Part shown: positions 37,693 to 47,933 of the stretch, one piece after another | How the letters are laid out: each line of letters opens with the position of its first letter | Position numbering within the stretch: the stretch's first letter is position 1 | Virus record (IMG/VR): IMGVR_UViG_3300029823_000381 | Coordinates: 1 to 55,846 of that record | Length of the DNA: 55,846 nucleotides | From: a virus | Lineage: Duplodnaviria; Caudoviricetes | Reading direction: 5' to 3' (one strand) | The notes under the pieces: generated by a model | What the model was told of the DNA's origin: nothing | Seen by the model: only the letters and a program-made list of their open reading frames with translations | Databases searched by the model: none | Made by a program: the position numbers and the translations under genes

Positions 37693-37865
37693 AGCAGGAC
37701 AGATGGTGGAATACTGTGGCCTTCTTTACTGCAAGAGGGAAAAATGAAAAAGAATTATTAAATGCGTCTCCTATAGAAAAGATATTTTATAATAATGTAA
37801 AGGAAAATTACTGGAGGGAAAAAGCTGAATTCCTTTCAGTAATGTTCGACGGAAAGGAAAAATAA
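37680..37865 (+). CDS. -1 frameshift extension of the tail chaperone (gpGT-like)
   Basis: The -1 frame is open: LIEQDRWWNTVAFFTARGKNEKELLNASPIEKIFY...FDGKEK*. Confidence 0.75.
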   Translation, partial: KKLIEQDRWWNTVAFFTARGKNEKELLNASPIEKIFYNNVKENYWREKAEFLSVMFDGKEK

Positions 37866-37877
37866 GGAGGAACCTAT

Positions 37878-38132
37878 ATGGACAATCAAAGCAATGAGTT
37901 AATATCTGCATTATCAAGGATTACAAATGTATGTGAATATAAAAATAAACCTGACAAAATTATAAACAAAAATTTTGAGAAGACTGCAATTTTAGGAGGA
38001 GGAAAAGTTAATGTAAAAATAGATATTTGCAGCCTTCCCTCAAAAGAATTACTTAATGCATTAGATAAACTACAAGAATTTTCAAATAAGTTGATGTTTG
38101 AAGAAATCCCAGATAGTATTACTAAATCATAA
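37878..38132 (+). CDS. Hypothetical protein
   Basis: AAGGAGG RBS. Confidence 0.6.
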   Translation: MDNQSNELISALSRITNVCEYKNKPDKIINKNFEKTAILGGGKVNVKIDICSLPSKELLNALDKLQEFSNKLMFEEIPDSITKS

Positions 38133-38133
38133 T

Positions 38134-39123
38134 TTAAACAATAAAGTATTTAATTAATGCACTACCAATAAGGCTAGGAACCCATGAATGTTTGGAGACA
38201 ATATCACTGAATTTAGAAAGCAATCCTTTATTCATAGGAGTATTATTTTCAGCTAACTTCTTAACATACTTAGTAAGCTCAATTAATTGTTCCTTATCAG
38301 ATGAATCGATATTTTTAGACTGAATAATTTTGGTAATTTCATCAAAAGAAAGTCCATTATTTATGGTTGCATTTTGGCTATTGCCTATTATAGAGTTAGA
38401 AGCATTTTGAATGGTATAATTTATTTGATTAGGTACAACATTTGCAATAGGTTTTTCTAAATTATCAATTTTTTCTGATAGTTTTAAATTAATATATTTA
38501 ATAAAACTGCTGAATAGTTCGCTTTTGCCAATTTCAAATAGTTCACTAATATTATCATTCTCTAAATGATTAGATTTAGCATGTACCCATATAGTATTAT
38601 AATCTGTTTTATTATTTAAAATAACGTCATATGATTCTTTAAGTGATTCATTATGATTCTTAGGCATATAATTTTCACTATTATTGTCGGGACTTTCTAA
38701 GATTATTTTTGATATTGGCTCAAGTATATCTATCAATATTTTTTCAGAAGCACAAAATTTTTTAAAATCACACAAATTAGCATTGAAATTTCTTTCTGTT
38801 GATTTTAATAGTTCATCTGATAAGAAGTTAAATTTTTTTTGAATATTAGTTAAATCTTTAAGATTCATATGAAAATCTTCTATAAATTTTAGTCCCTTAT
38901 CGGACAATCTAGGAATACCTTGTTGACTTGGCATAGGAATATTATCTGCTGAAATTTGTAAAGTTATTCCTAATGTATATTTCTTGTCAATACATGATTG
39001 TAAAGCAAAGAGAATATCTTCATTATTAGTTTCTGGAATAATATTTGAAATTTTCTCCCCTTTATTAATTTTTACAAGAATATTACACATCATAGATTCA
39101 AGTTCTTCAGAATTTTTTAGCAT
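38134..39123 (-). CDS. Accessory (moron) protein with winged-helix-like N-terminus, opposite strand
   Basis: AT-rich 329-aa ORF; PRLSDKGLKFIE; RBS and SigH-like promoter. Confidence 0.7.
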   Translation of the reverse strand: MLKNSEELESMMCNILVKINKGEKISNIIPETNNEDILFALQSCIDKKYTLGITLQISADNIPMPSQQGIPRLSDKGLKFIEDFHMNLKDLTNIQKKFNFLSDELLKSTERNFNANLCDFKKFCASEKILIDILEPISKIILESPDNNSENYMPKNHNESLKESYDVILNNKTDYNTIWVHAKSNHLENDNISELFEIGKSELFSSFIKYINLKLSEKIDNLEKPIANVVPNQINYTIQNASNSIIGNSQNATINNGLSFDEITKIIQSKNIDSSDKEQLIELTKYVKKLAENNTPMNKGLLSKFSDIVSKHSWVPSLIGSALIKYFIV

Positions 39124-39146
39124 AATATCATCTCCTTTTAAGAGAT

Positions 39147-39174
39147 AATTCTACATATTTAGTTAAATACCTTT
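39147..39174 (-). promoter_or_regulatory. SigH-like promoter (AGG-N18-GAAT)
   Basis: AAAGGTATTTAACTAAATATGTAGAATT on the minus strand. Confidence 0.55.
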
Positions 39175-39240
39175 ATATGTGGAATATTATCTCTATTTTT
39201 GTTATTATAAGTATATATATAACAAAAGGGGGAACTTTGA

Positions 39241-39897
39241 ATGGGTTTTATAATGTTAATTGGACTAATAGCATTTATAGTTTTTACTATTTTATTAATA
39301 ATAGGAGCTATAAAGAAGGACACTTCAAAGAGAAAACGTAATTGGATAGGTTTTATTGTAGCATTTATATTATTTGCTGTTGGGGTTAGCAATTTGCCGA
39401 GCAGTACTCCAACAAGCAACAAGACAAGTTCAACTAAGCAACAATCCACAAGTACAGTAAAGAAAGCAGCGAAGCAGAGTGCCTTGCAGTCCTTAATTAC
39501 AGATAATTTTAAAAAAGGTAAATTAATAGAGAATGGTGAAGATTTAACTATTCAATATCAGCCTGATACTGTAAGTGAAAATAATTTTATAACGGTTACT
39601 TTAAATTCTACAGCTTTAGGATTAAATAAAGTATATAAGAATGATGAGTTTAAAAAATTTAAAGTAATTCATATAAAATCTATGGCACCTTTTACAGATA
39701 AGTACGGTAATAGCACAACGGATTTAGGAATGGAATTGACATTTGACCAGAGTGAAATACAAAAAGTAAAAGACTTTGAAAGCATAACACCAGAACAATT
39801 AATTTTACTAGAAGGAAGCTATAGGACGGGCTTAAATGCAAACATAAAGTCTAAAATATCACCAGAAAATTATAAAATTTTATATCCAAATCAATAA
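39241..39897 (+). CDS. Membrane-anchored accessory protein (superinfection-exclusion candidate)
   Basis: Two N-terminal TM helices, Ser/Thr linker, globular domain; terminator at 39907-39941. Confidence 0.7.
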   Translation: MGFIMLIGLIAFIVFTILLIIGAIKKDTSKRKRNWIGFIVAFILFAVGVSNLPSSTPTSNKTSSTKQQSTSTVKKAAKQSALQSLITDNFKKGKLIENGEDLTIQYQPDTVSENNFITVTLNSTALGLNKVYKNDEFKKFKVIHIKSMAPFTDKYGNSTTDLGMELTFDQSEIQKVKDFESITPEQLILLEGSYRTGLNANIKSKISPENYKILYPNQ

Positions 39898-39967
39898 ATA
39901 TTTGTTAAAAGCTTAAGTGTAATTACTTAGGCTTTTTCTTTTGCAATAAAAAAGAAAGGAGGTAAAA

Positions 39968-42900
39968 ATGTCAAGGACAATAGCAACTATACTAAATTTA
40001 AAAGATCTATTTAGCCCTACATTACGAGAAACAGTTAGCAATACTAAGGAATTCCAGAGGCAAATACAGCATACTCAAAATGAAATTACGAAATTGAAAG
40101 ACAATGTTTCTAATAATTTTGGGAATATTAAGACAAAGGTAGCTGGAGTAGTAGCAGGACTCGGAGTTGCTGAGTTTACAAAACAATCAGTTGAACTCGC
40201 TAGTAATCTTGTTGAAGTCCAGAATGTAGTAGACCAGACTTTTGGAAGTGGCGCAACGCAAATAAATAATTGGAGTAAAACTGCCCTAAACGCTTTTGGA
40301 TTAAATCAATTGCAAGCAAAGCAATTTACTGGGTATTTAGGCGCTATGATGAAAAGTTCTGGAATAACTGGAGATGCACTTACAAAAATGAGTGAAAATC
40401 TAGTCGGACTTGCTGGAGATATGGCATCATTTGATAATCTTGATCCGGAAATAGCATTTGAAAAAATTAGGTCAGGAATTTCAGGTGAGACGGAACCTTT
40501 GAAGGAAATTGGCATAAATATGGATGTTGCTAGCTTGAAGGCTTATGCATTAAAAGAGGGCATCACTAAGAGCTATGAAAGCATGAACCAAGCTGAACAA
40601 ACAACATTAAGATATAACTATTTAATGAGTGTTACGGCCGATAAACATGGAGATTTTGCTAAAACACAACAAACTTTCGCTAACCAAATGAGAATTGCTA
40701 AAGCAAATATAGAACAGGCAGGAGCTAGTATTGCGACAGGTTTTCTTCCATATTTAAATAATCTTTTATTAATGTTCAATAATGGTGGATTAAAATCAAT
40801 TGGAAGTATTTTTAGTGGCATAGGTAATACGATAATAAGCATTGCTAATAGTGCTAAAACTCCAGTGCAGAGCTTAGTTAATAGTATTAAAGGACTAGCA
40901 CAAGCAACAGGTTTGAAAAATCTTTTCAGTGGCATAGATACAAAATCATTAAACGATATAAAATATATTGTAAATAGCATAATATACGGAATTCGAGATA
41001 TGGTTAGTTTTACAACAAATCATATTGAATTATTAAAAGTTTCCTTAGTTGGATTGGGGACTTCACTTATAACGATAAGGACAATATCAACAGGGCTTAA
41101 ACTTTTTGATGATTTTAAAAAAGGTACTGAATTAGTAACAGGCGCAACAAGTATGGTAAGCCGATTTGGAAGAGCATATATGGAATTAAGGACAGCACCA
41201 AGTATATTGGTTGGCATTAAAGGCGCCCTTTCTTCTATATTCACATTTAATCCTATGATTTTAGGGATAGTTGCAGGAGTAGCTTTATTTGCAGCACTAG
41301 CGTATGAAGTAATTACACATTGGTCACAATTAAAAACATTTTTTGCTGGATTGTGGGCAGGAATATCCCAAGGCTTCACTGGATTTGTAAATGGCGTTAA
41401 AAATATATTTGGTGGTATATGTGACACTGTTAAATCTGGAGCAAATACTCTTGGTTTAGGAGTAATCAGCGCATGGAATACTATAAAAAATGGTACTATA
41501 ACAGCATTTAATGCTATAAAAAATGTAATAGTGACAGTGTGGGGTGGAATAAAAACAGTAATTACGGCAGTAGTAATGCCTATAGTTCAAGGAGTTTTAA
41601 ATACGTGGAATTCTATGAAAAGTGGAATATCAACTATATTTACAGGTATTAAGAATGTAATTCAAGGGGCATGGACTGTTATAAAAAGTATTGTACTAGG
41701 TCCGGTGCTTTTAATATTGGATTTAGTAACGGGTAATTGGAATAAATTAGGCTCTGATACAAAAGGCATATTTAATAATCTTGCAAATGGGCTTAGGACT
41801 ATATGGGGTGGAATTAAACAAATATTCAGTGGCAGTTTAAGTGCTATAGGTGGATTATTAATAAGCATATGGGGTGGGGCAGTAACGGTTACAAAAACAA
41901 TTTGGAATGGACTAGGGAGCTTTTTTACTGGATTGTGGAGTGGTATAAAAAATGGTGCTATTGCTGGATGGAATGCGCTTAAATTAGGTGTAGTATCAAT
42001 ATTTACTGGTATTGGCACTTGGATAGTAAACACTTTTAATGCTGTGGTTAACTGGTTCGCAACACTGCCAAGTAGGTTATATCAGGCAGCAGTAAGTATG
42101 TTTACTTCTTTTAAAACTGGAGTTTCTAACACAGTAGCAGGAATAGGAACATGGATATCTAACGCATTTACTGGATTCATTAATTTCTTTACAAGCTTAC
42201 CCGGTAAGGCTTTAACATGGGCTAAAGATATGATAGACGGATTTATACAAGGAATTAAAAACAAAATAGCAGATGTTAAAAAAGGTGCTGAAAGTATAGC
42301 AGATACAATTAGGAAAATACTTCATTTTAGTACACCAGATGAAGGACCCTTGAAACCTTATGAAACTTGGATGCCTGATTTTATTAACGGAATGAACCAA
42401 GGTGTAGTTGCAACAACTCCTAACATTGTAAAGGGTGTAACAGATATGACAACAGGAATGACAGTGCCCATAAACGGTTTTGTAACTTCAAGTAATACTC
42501 TAGGTGTCAATGCGGTACAAGAACTAAGTGCAGGCATAGCAAGTCAGGAAAGCAATGCAGTTACTACAGCGCAAAACCTAGCTACTAAAATATTACAAGG
42601 TGTTAAAGATATCTTTGGAATACATTCCCCTGCTAGAGCCACTTTTGGTATAGGCATAAACTTCATAAAAGGTTTTGTTAATGCTCTTAAGAGTAGCAAT
42701 GTTGGAGATGTAGTTAAGAAAGTATTTGGAGATATAGCAAGTTTAGCAAATGGAACTTTAGGTGGGGCATTAAGTGGTATAGTATCTAATTTTATTAATA
42801 CTGGAGACCTAAAAGGATTAGGCGGTATGCTTCAAGGTGTAATGCAAAATGGATTAAGTTTTCTTGGTAGTGGAAGCGTTAGTGGCAATGTAAGTGAATG

Positions 42901-43486
42901 GTTAGCTGCTGCATTGGCTGCAACAGGAACATCTATGGATTGGTTACCTGGATTACTTAAGCTAGTAAGCTATGAATCTGGAGATCCCGGAACACTAGGA
43001 AGTGGAGATGCTTCTTTAGTTAACAGTGTCCCTGTAGGAAATGAATATGCAACAGGGCTTTTACAGATGTTGCCTTCCACTTTTAGAGAGTTTACAGCGG
43101 GCATTGGAGATATAACAAACCCTGTAGCAAATGCAGCGGCAGCAATAAGATATATAAAGTCTAGGTATGGCAGTGTATACAATACCCCATTATTTACAAG
43201 TGGCGGCAGGTATAATGGATATGCAACTGGTACAAATAGTGCTAACAAAGGCATAGCAGAACTAGCAGAGGATGGGGCGGAACTTGTTACAGGCAAACAA
43301 TTTAGAAACTTGCATGGTGGAGAACATGTTTATACAGCACAAGAAACAAAAGGTTTGCTAGGTGGTAAATCTATAAAAATGACAAATAACTTTTACTTTA
43401 AAGGTAATATTGGAAATGAAGAATTTTTTGAAGAAGCAGGTAGTTATATTACTACTAAGTTCAGAACAGCATTAGCTAATATGTAG
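39968..43486 (+). CDS. Tape measure protein with C-terminal lytic transglycosylase-like domain
   Basis: Aromatic 11-residue periodicity; YESG..ATGLLQMLPSTF..NAAAAIRYIKSRYG. Confidence 0.93.
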   Translation: MSRTIATILNLKDLFSPTLRETVSNTKEFQRQIQHTQNEITKLKDNVSNNFGNIKTKVAGVVAGLGVAEFTKQSVELASNLVEVQNVVDQTFGSGATQINNWSKTALNAFGLNQLQAKQFTGYLGAMMKSSGITGDALTKMSENLVGLAGDMASFDNLDPEIAFEKIRSGISGETEPLKEIGINMDVASLKAYALKEGITKSYESMNQAEQTTLRYNYLMSVTADKHGDFAKTQQTFANQMRIAKANIEQAGASIATGFLPYLNNLLLMFNNGGLKSIGSIFSGIGNTIISIANSAKTPVQSLVNSIKGLAQATGLKNLFSGIDTKSLNDIKYIVNSIIYGIRDMVSFTTNHIELLKVSLVGLGTSLITIRTISTGLKLFDDFKKGTELVTGATSMVSRFGRAYMELRTAPSILVGIKGALSSIFTFNPMILGIVAGVALFAALAYEVITHWSQLKTFFAGLWAGISQGFTGFVNGVKNIFGGICDTVKSGANTLGLGVISAWNTIKNGTITAFNAIKNVIVTVWGGIKTVITAVVMPIVQGVLNTWNSMKSGISTIFTGIKNVIQGAWTVIKSIVLGPVLLILDLVTGNWNKLGSDTKGIFNNLANGLRTIWGGIKQIFSGSLSAIGGLLISIWGGAVTVTKTIWNGLGSFFTGLWSGIKNGAIAGWNALKLGVVSIFTGIGTWIVNTFNAVVNWFATLPSRLYQAAVSMFTSFKTGVSNTVAGIGTWISNAFTGFINFFTSLPGKALTWAKDMIDGFIQGIKNKIADVKKGAESIADTIRKILHFSTPDEGPLKPYETWMPDFINGMNQGVVATTPNIVKGVTDMTTGMTVPINGFVTSSNTLGVNAVQELSAGIASQESNAVTTAQNLATKILQGVKDIFGIHSPARATFGIGINFIKGFVNALKSSNVGDVVKKVFGDIASLANGTLGGALSGIVSNFINTGDLKGLGGMLQGVMQNGLSFLGSGSVSGNVSEWLAAALAATGTSMDWLPGLLKLVSYESGDPGTLGSGDASLVNSVPVGNEYATGLLQMLPSTFREFTAGIGDITNPVANAAAAIRYIKSRYGSVYNTPLFTSGGRYNGYATGTNSANKGIAELAEDGAELVTGKQFRNLHGGEHVYTAQETKGLLGGKSIKMTNNFYFKGNIGNEEFFEEAGSYITTKFRTALANM

Positions 43487-43497
43487 GAGGTGTGCTT

Positions 43498-43998
43498 ATG
43501 GATATATTTTTTAGTAGTTTAGACAGGTCACAAGTGTATAAGCTTCCTATCATTCCGGAGAATATGCCAGAACTGAGTAAATCATCTAAGAATGAAGAAT
43601 TTGAGGGGGATGGACAAACATATAACATTCTTGGGAATGTAGGGCTAGCAACTTTTACTATTGATTCATGGATGCCTGAGTATGCAGGAAAATGTACACA
43701 GAGTTTTTGTAAAAGCCAAATTAATCCTTATTTGATAATAAACTTGTGGAGTCAAGCTATGATAGATAAAAAGCCAATAAGGTGTGTTCAAACTAGAAAT
43801 GATGGTTCTGAAATATTGAATTGGCTTGTAAGTGTAGAAAATATGAGTTGGTACCCAAGGCAAAATAAGGATATAAAGTATAAAACAGAATTTAAGGAGT
43901 ATATAAGTCCAGAAGAAATATTTATTGATCCAGTTAAAAAGCCTATAAATGATGCTTTAAATAATTTAACAAACGTTATAAAGAGTGTATTTAAGTGA
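43498..43998 (+). CDS. Baseplate/tube initiator (XkdP-like, no LysM)
   Basis: LPIIPE, DIKY..FKEY; follows the tape measure gene. Confidence 0.7.
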   Translation: MDIFFSSLDRSQVYKLPIIPENMPELSKSSKNEEFEGDGQTYNILGNVGLATFTIDSWMPEYAGKCTQSFCKSQINPYLIINLWSQAMIDKKPIRCVQTRNDGSEILNWLVSVENMSWYPRQNKDIKYKTEFKEYISPEEIFIDPVKKPINDALNNLTNVIKSVFK

Positions 43999-44008
43999 AG
44001 GTGATGTA

Positions 44009-45424
44009 ATGTCTAATGGATGGGGATTTTTTACGAATTATCTAGTTGGACATAGCTATAAAGATTATATAGACGTAACAAAATACTGCAGTAATTGGGC
44101 TTGGACAGATGATAAGGACACTATAGCACAAACTCTTACTTTTGACAGCATATTAGATTTTGCAGAGGGTAGGAGCCATATTATATTAAAAAAAGGTGAT
44201 AAAACAATAATTGCAGGAGTAGTTACACAGAAACCGCAAAAAAAGAATAGTTGCAATTACACAGCACAGGACTACAGTTTTTACCTAAATAAAGACCAAA
44301 TAAAAGTGTATCAATTTAATGGAGAGGATGCTAAAAGCTGTATTTATAGAATATTAGAAGATAATAATGTAGGTGGTGCTTGTATGACTTTAAATACTAA
44401 AATATCCAAGCTATATTGGGGCAAAACCTATATAGATATAATCAAAGACATTTTAGAACAGTGCAAGGCAGAGACAGGGGAAGACATTTTCCTTGAAATG
44501 CGTGGTACTGTAATGTGGATTGATAAAATTTCTAACATAAAGAAGCTGGATAGTTGTAAATATATTATGGGCAATGATTACACAGTAACCAGAAACATGG
44601 AGAATATGTGTAACTACGTAATAGTATCTAATAGTTCAACAGGCTCTAGTTCTGAAAGTACAGAAAGTACAACAGCACCAACTATATTAGCTACATTAAG
44701 GGATGATAAAAACATAGAGATATTTGGGCGTATGAGTAAAATACTTCAAGTTGAAGGGCAAAATGAAGCTCAGGCAAGAACAACAGGACAGAATTATCTA
44801 AATAATTTTGATGCAACCAACAGAGAGGTTACAGTAACATTGCTTGATGTAGTAAATGGCGAAAATATAAGGGCAAACAGACAAATGCCTTTGGATATAA
44901 GTAAATATGGAGTAAAAGGATATTATAAGATAAAAAATGCTCAGCATACTTTAAAAGGAGGCACACATAAAGTGCAAGTTACAATAGATTTTTCTGGTGC
45001 AAGTTTTGAGGACAACACAGTTTATAAAACACCTACAGGTAGCAGTATTAAAGCTTCTAATGGTAATAGTAAAGCAGATGAAATTATTAGCTACGCAAAG
45101 CAATTCTTAGGCAGGCCGTACGAACATGGCGGCGGCAATCCTCCTAATTCATTCGACTGTAGTAGTTTTGTAAGCTATGTGTTTTCACATTTTGGCATAA
45201 ATTTAACTGCTTATACCTATGACATGATAAATCAAGGCACAAGGATAAGCATAAGCAACATACAACCGGGTGATGTCCTATTTTTCTATAATACTGGCCA
45301 TTGCGGTATTTATATTGGAAATGACCAATTCATTCATGCTCCGCATACAGGAGATGTGGTTAAAATTAGTACATTTAGTGGAAGTTATTCGAGTGTGTGC
45401 AATGCTGCAATAAGGGTAATTTAG
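44009..45424 (+). CDS. Baseplate hub (XkdQ-like) fused to NlpC/P60 peptidase
   Basis: C-terminal LGRPY..GG..FDCSSF..PGDVLFF..HCGIYIG..FIHAP. Confidence 0.88.
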   Translation: MSNGWGFFTNYLVGHSYKDYIDVTKYCSNWAWTDDKDTIAQTLTFDSILDFAEGRSHIILKKGDKTIIAGVVTQKPQKKNSCNYTAQDYSFYLNKDQIKVYQFNGEDAKSCIYRILEDNNVGGACMTLNTKISKLYWGKTYIDIIKDILEQCKAETGEDIFLEMRGTVMWIDKISNIKKLDSCKYIMGNDYTVTRNMENMCNYVIVSNSSTGSSSESTESTTAPTILATLRDDKNIEIFGRMSKILQVEGQNEAQARTTGQNYLNNFDATNREVTVTLLDVVNGENIRANRQMPLDISKYGVKGYYKIKNAQHTLKGGTHKVQVTIDFSGASFEDNTVYKTPTGSSIKASNGNSKADEIISYAKQFLGRPYEHGGGNPPNSFDCSSFVSYVFSHFGINLTAYTYDMINQGTRISISNIQPGDVLFFYNTGHCGIYIGNDQFIHAPHTGDVVKISTFSGSYSSVCNAAIRVI

Positions 45425-45434
45425 AGGTGATTTA

Positions 45435-45803
45435 ATGAATTATGATGCACGTTGGGCTGAAAAAGGAGCTATGGAAATTAAAAATAGAAATAATCCACAA
45501 ATGCTCGGGCATAAAATAGCAACGGTAGTACAAATAAATCCAATAAAGGTAAGCGTGCTTGATGGGCAGGCTTTTTTTAGTGAAGATAATGAAAAGCAAA
45601 AAATAATTATAGGCAATGCTTTAAAAGAATATAAACTCCCTGTAACTGTTAGCGTAACAACTGACAGAGGTACTTATACAGGAACAGGCACAGCCTTACA
45701 TGAAGGAATAAAAATAGGGGATAAACTTATATGTGAGTTTACACAGAGTAACCAAGAACTGATAGCTATAGACAAGGTAGGTGGTGATAATGGCAGCAAC
45801 TAA
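45435..45803 (+). CDS. Baseplate spike-like protein (XkdR/DUF2577-like)
   Basis: Synteny. Confidence 0.65.
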   Translation: MNYDARWAEKGAMEIKNRNNPQMLGHKIATVVQINPIKVSVLDGQAFFSEDNEKQKIIIGNALKEYKLPVTVSVTTDRGTYTGTGTALHEGIKIGDKLICEFTQSNQELIAIDKVGGDNGSN

Positions 45804-46260
45804 TATGTTACCTTTAATACCAGATTTACAACAGCAAATAGATAATATACAAGCTGCAAATACAAATATTGAACTATTAGGGCGTGTAATTAAATTTGAT
45901 TTTGTTAATAAATGTTTTGCATTACAGGATGGTAGACCAGTTGAATTGAGTACAGATGAAGAAAAGATACAACAATGGATACATCTTGTTATATTAACTT
46001 ACAAAGACGCTTACGACATTTATAAAGATACTGACTTTTATTGCAACGTTAAAGACTTAATAGGTAAAAAGATGATAGGATACATTGCTTTTTACCAGTC
46101 TGAAATTCAAAGAGAAGTTACAGAAGCCCTATTAAAACATAGATATATAGCAAGCGTAGATAATTTTTCCCTTACTAAAACTGATAAAAGAGCATGGAAT
46201 GTGCAATATGTAGTTACCCTTATCACAGGACAGGTAGTTTCTAATGAGGAGGTGGTTTAG
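45790..46260 (+). CDS. Baseplate wedge protein (XkdS/DUF2634-like)
   Basis: FDF..G, IQQWI, SEIQREVTEALL. Confidence 0.78.
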   Translation: MAATNMLPLIPDLQQQIDNIQAANTNIELLGRVIKFDFVNKCFALQDGRPVELSTDEEKIQQWIHLVILTYKDAYDIYKDTDFYCNVKDLIGKKMIGYIAFYQSEIQREVTEALLKHRYIASVDNFSLTKTDKRAWNVQYVVTLITGQVVSNEEVV

Positions 46261-47384
46261 TGGGCTATTATGATGATAAAACAACAGATAATATTCAAGC
46301 TGAATTATTAGGCAATGTAAGTGATAATTACGATAAAACTATGGGTTACCCTACTTACGATTTTTTAAAAGCTGTAGCTATTGAAATTGCTAATATCTAT
46401 ACAGAATTATCGGACACTAGAGCCAGTATAGAGAGTCCTAACAATTTAAGTGGTGCAGATCGAGAGAAATTTGTAGTACAAAGGACAGGACAGACAAAGA
46501 AAATAGGAGCTTTCGCAAGTACAAACTTGAAAGTAAATGGAATTGGAACAGTAAAATCAGGGGATAAATTCGAGACAAAGGGCGGTATCTCACATGCTTG
46601 TACAGCTGATACTACAATAAATGGGACTGGTCTTGTGCCTATACAAGCTACAGAAATAGGAACATATGGAAATACTCCAGCAAATACTATAACGCAAATA
46701 CCAGTAACAATTCCAGGAATAACGAGTTGCACAAACGAAAATGCAATAACAAATGGCATTGATGATGAAAGTGACGATTCTTTACTAGAAAGATATTATG
46801 GACACTTGAAAAATCCAGTTGTAAGTAATAACGAAAATGCATTTGTAGCATGGGCTGAAAGTATAACAGGTGTTGGCAGAGCAAAAGCATTTGGTACTTG
46901 GCAAGGAAAAAATACAGTATTGGTTGTGATATGTAATGATGATATGCAAGTGGCAAGTACTGATTTAATAGAATTTGTACAAAATGCTATAGATCCTAAA
47001 GGCGTACAAGACAGCCAGGGAAATTGGTCAACTTGGGGCATGGGAAAAGGACTTGCTAGTGGTGGAAGCTATACGACAATACAAAGTGCCACAGCTAAAA
47101 ATATAGGCATAACTGCTAATGTAGTTTTAGCCACAAATTATACGCTTGACCAAGTTAAAGCAAACTTTTCTAATTCTGTAGCAAACTATCTAAAAGATGT
47201 AGCACTTAAAGATGATACGCCAACAGTTTCATACGCAAAATTAGGAAACCTGCTGTATGAAACAGAAGGAATTACCGATTATTCTAATTTACAAGTTAAT
47301 TCTGGTATTGCAAATATTCCTTTATCCTTGACAAGCACCTTATGTGAAATTCCTATTTTGGGGGCGGTGACATTAAATGTCTAG
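46260..47384 (+). CDS. Baseplate J-like protein (XkdT-like)
   Basis: G.DDESDDSLLERY, WAESITGVGRA. Confidence 0.9.
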   Translation: MGYYDDKTTDNIQAELLGNVSDNYDKTMGYPTYDFLKAVAIEIANIYTELSDTRASIESPNNLSGADREKFVVQRTGQTKKIGAFASTNLKVNGIGTVKSGDKFETKGGISHACTADTTINGTGLVPIQATEIGTYGNTPANTITQIPVTIPGITSCTNENAITNGIDDESDDSLLERYYGHLKNPVVSNNENAFVAWAESITGVGRAKAFGTWQGKNTVLVVICNDDMQVASTDLIEFVQNAIDPKGVQDSQGNWSTWGMGKGLASGGSYTTIQSATAKNIGITANVVLATNYTLDQVKANFSNSVANYLKDVALKDDTPTVSYAKLGNLLYETEGITDYSNLQVNSGIANIPLSLTSTLCEIPILGAVTLNV

Positions 47385-47913
47385 CAGAGATGATTTAATA
47401 CAACATTTACACGAATTATATAGAAATGATCCTTATATAAATCAACTATACAATTCAATCGGACTTCAATTTGACAAGATAAAAGAAATAATAGATATTT
47501 TAAGTGGACAAATTTTCTTTGATGAATTAACGGAAGATATTGGAATTCCATTGATGGAGAAATTGTTAAATTTTAAAACCGACCCTAATTCTAGTTTAGA
47601 AGATAAACAAAGCCAACTTGAAGCAAGGTATAAGAGTTATGGTAAATTCAGCATAGATTTATTGCAATCTGTGTGTAATAGCTGGAAAAACGGAGATGTT
47701 GAAGCACAGCTTATAAATGGAGATATAAGTATTAAATTTGTAGGAGAGTTAGGAATACCTACGGATTTAGACAATTTAAAAAAGGCTATACAGGTAATCA
47801 AACCAGCTCAATTGATGGTTTTATATAGTTTTAAATATTTATTAATTAGTGAAGTAGAAAGTATGACATTAGACCAATTACAACAACAACCATTAAGCAG
47901 ATTTGCATTTTAA
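47377..47913 (+). CDS. Baseplate protein (XkdU/DUF2313-like)
   Basis: GIP..DNLKKAIQVIKPA.L. Confidence 0.78.
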   Translation: MSSRDDLIQHLHELYRNDPYINQLYNSIGLQFDKIKEIIDILSGQIFFDELTEDIGIPLMEKLLNFKTDPNSSLEDKQSQLEARYKSYGKFSIDLLQSVCNSWKNGDVEAQLINGDISIKFVGELGIPTDLDNLKKAIQVIKPAQLMVLYSFKYLLISEVESMTLDQLQQQPLSRFAF

Positions 47914-47933
47914 TTAAGATAGGAGGAGATTAA

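Noticed and set aside
40306-43296. Multiple minus-strand ORFs within the tape measure gene (and similar ones in other long genes)
   Set aside because: Antisense shadows of biased codon usage; no RBS or recognisable motifs.
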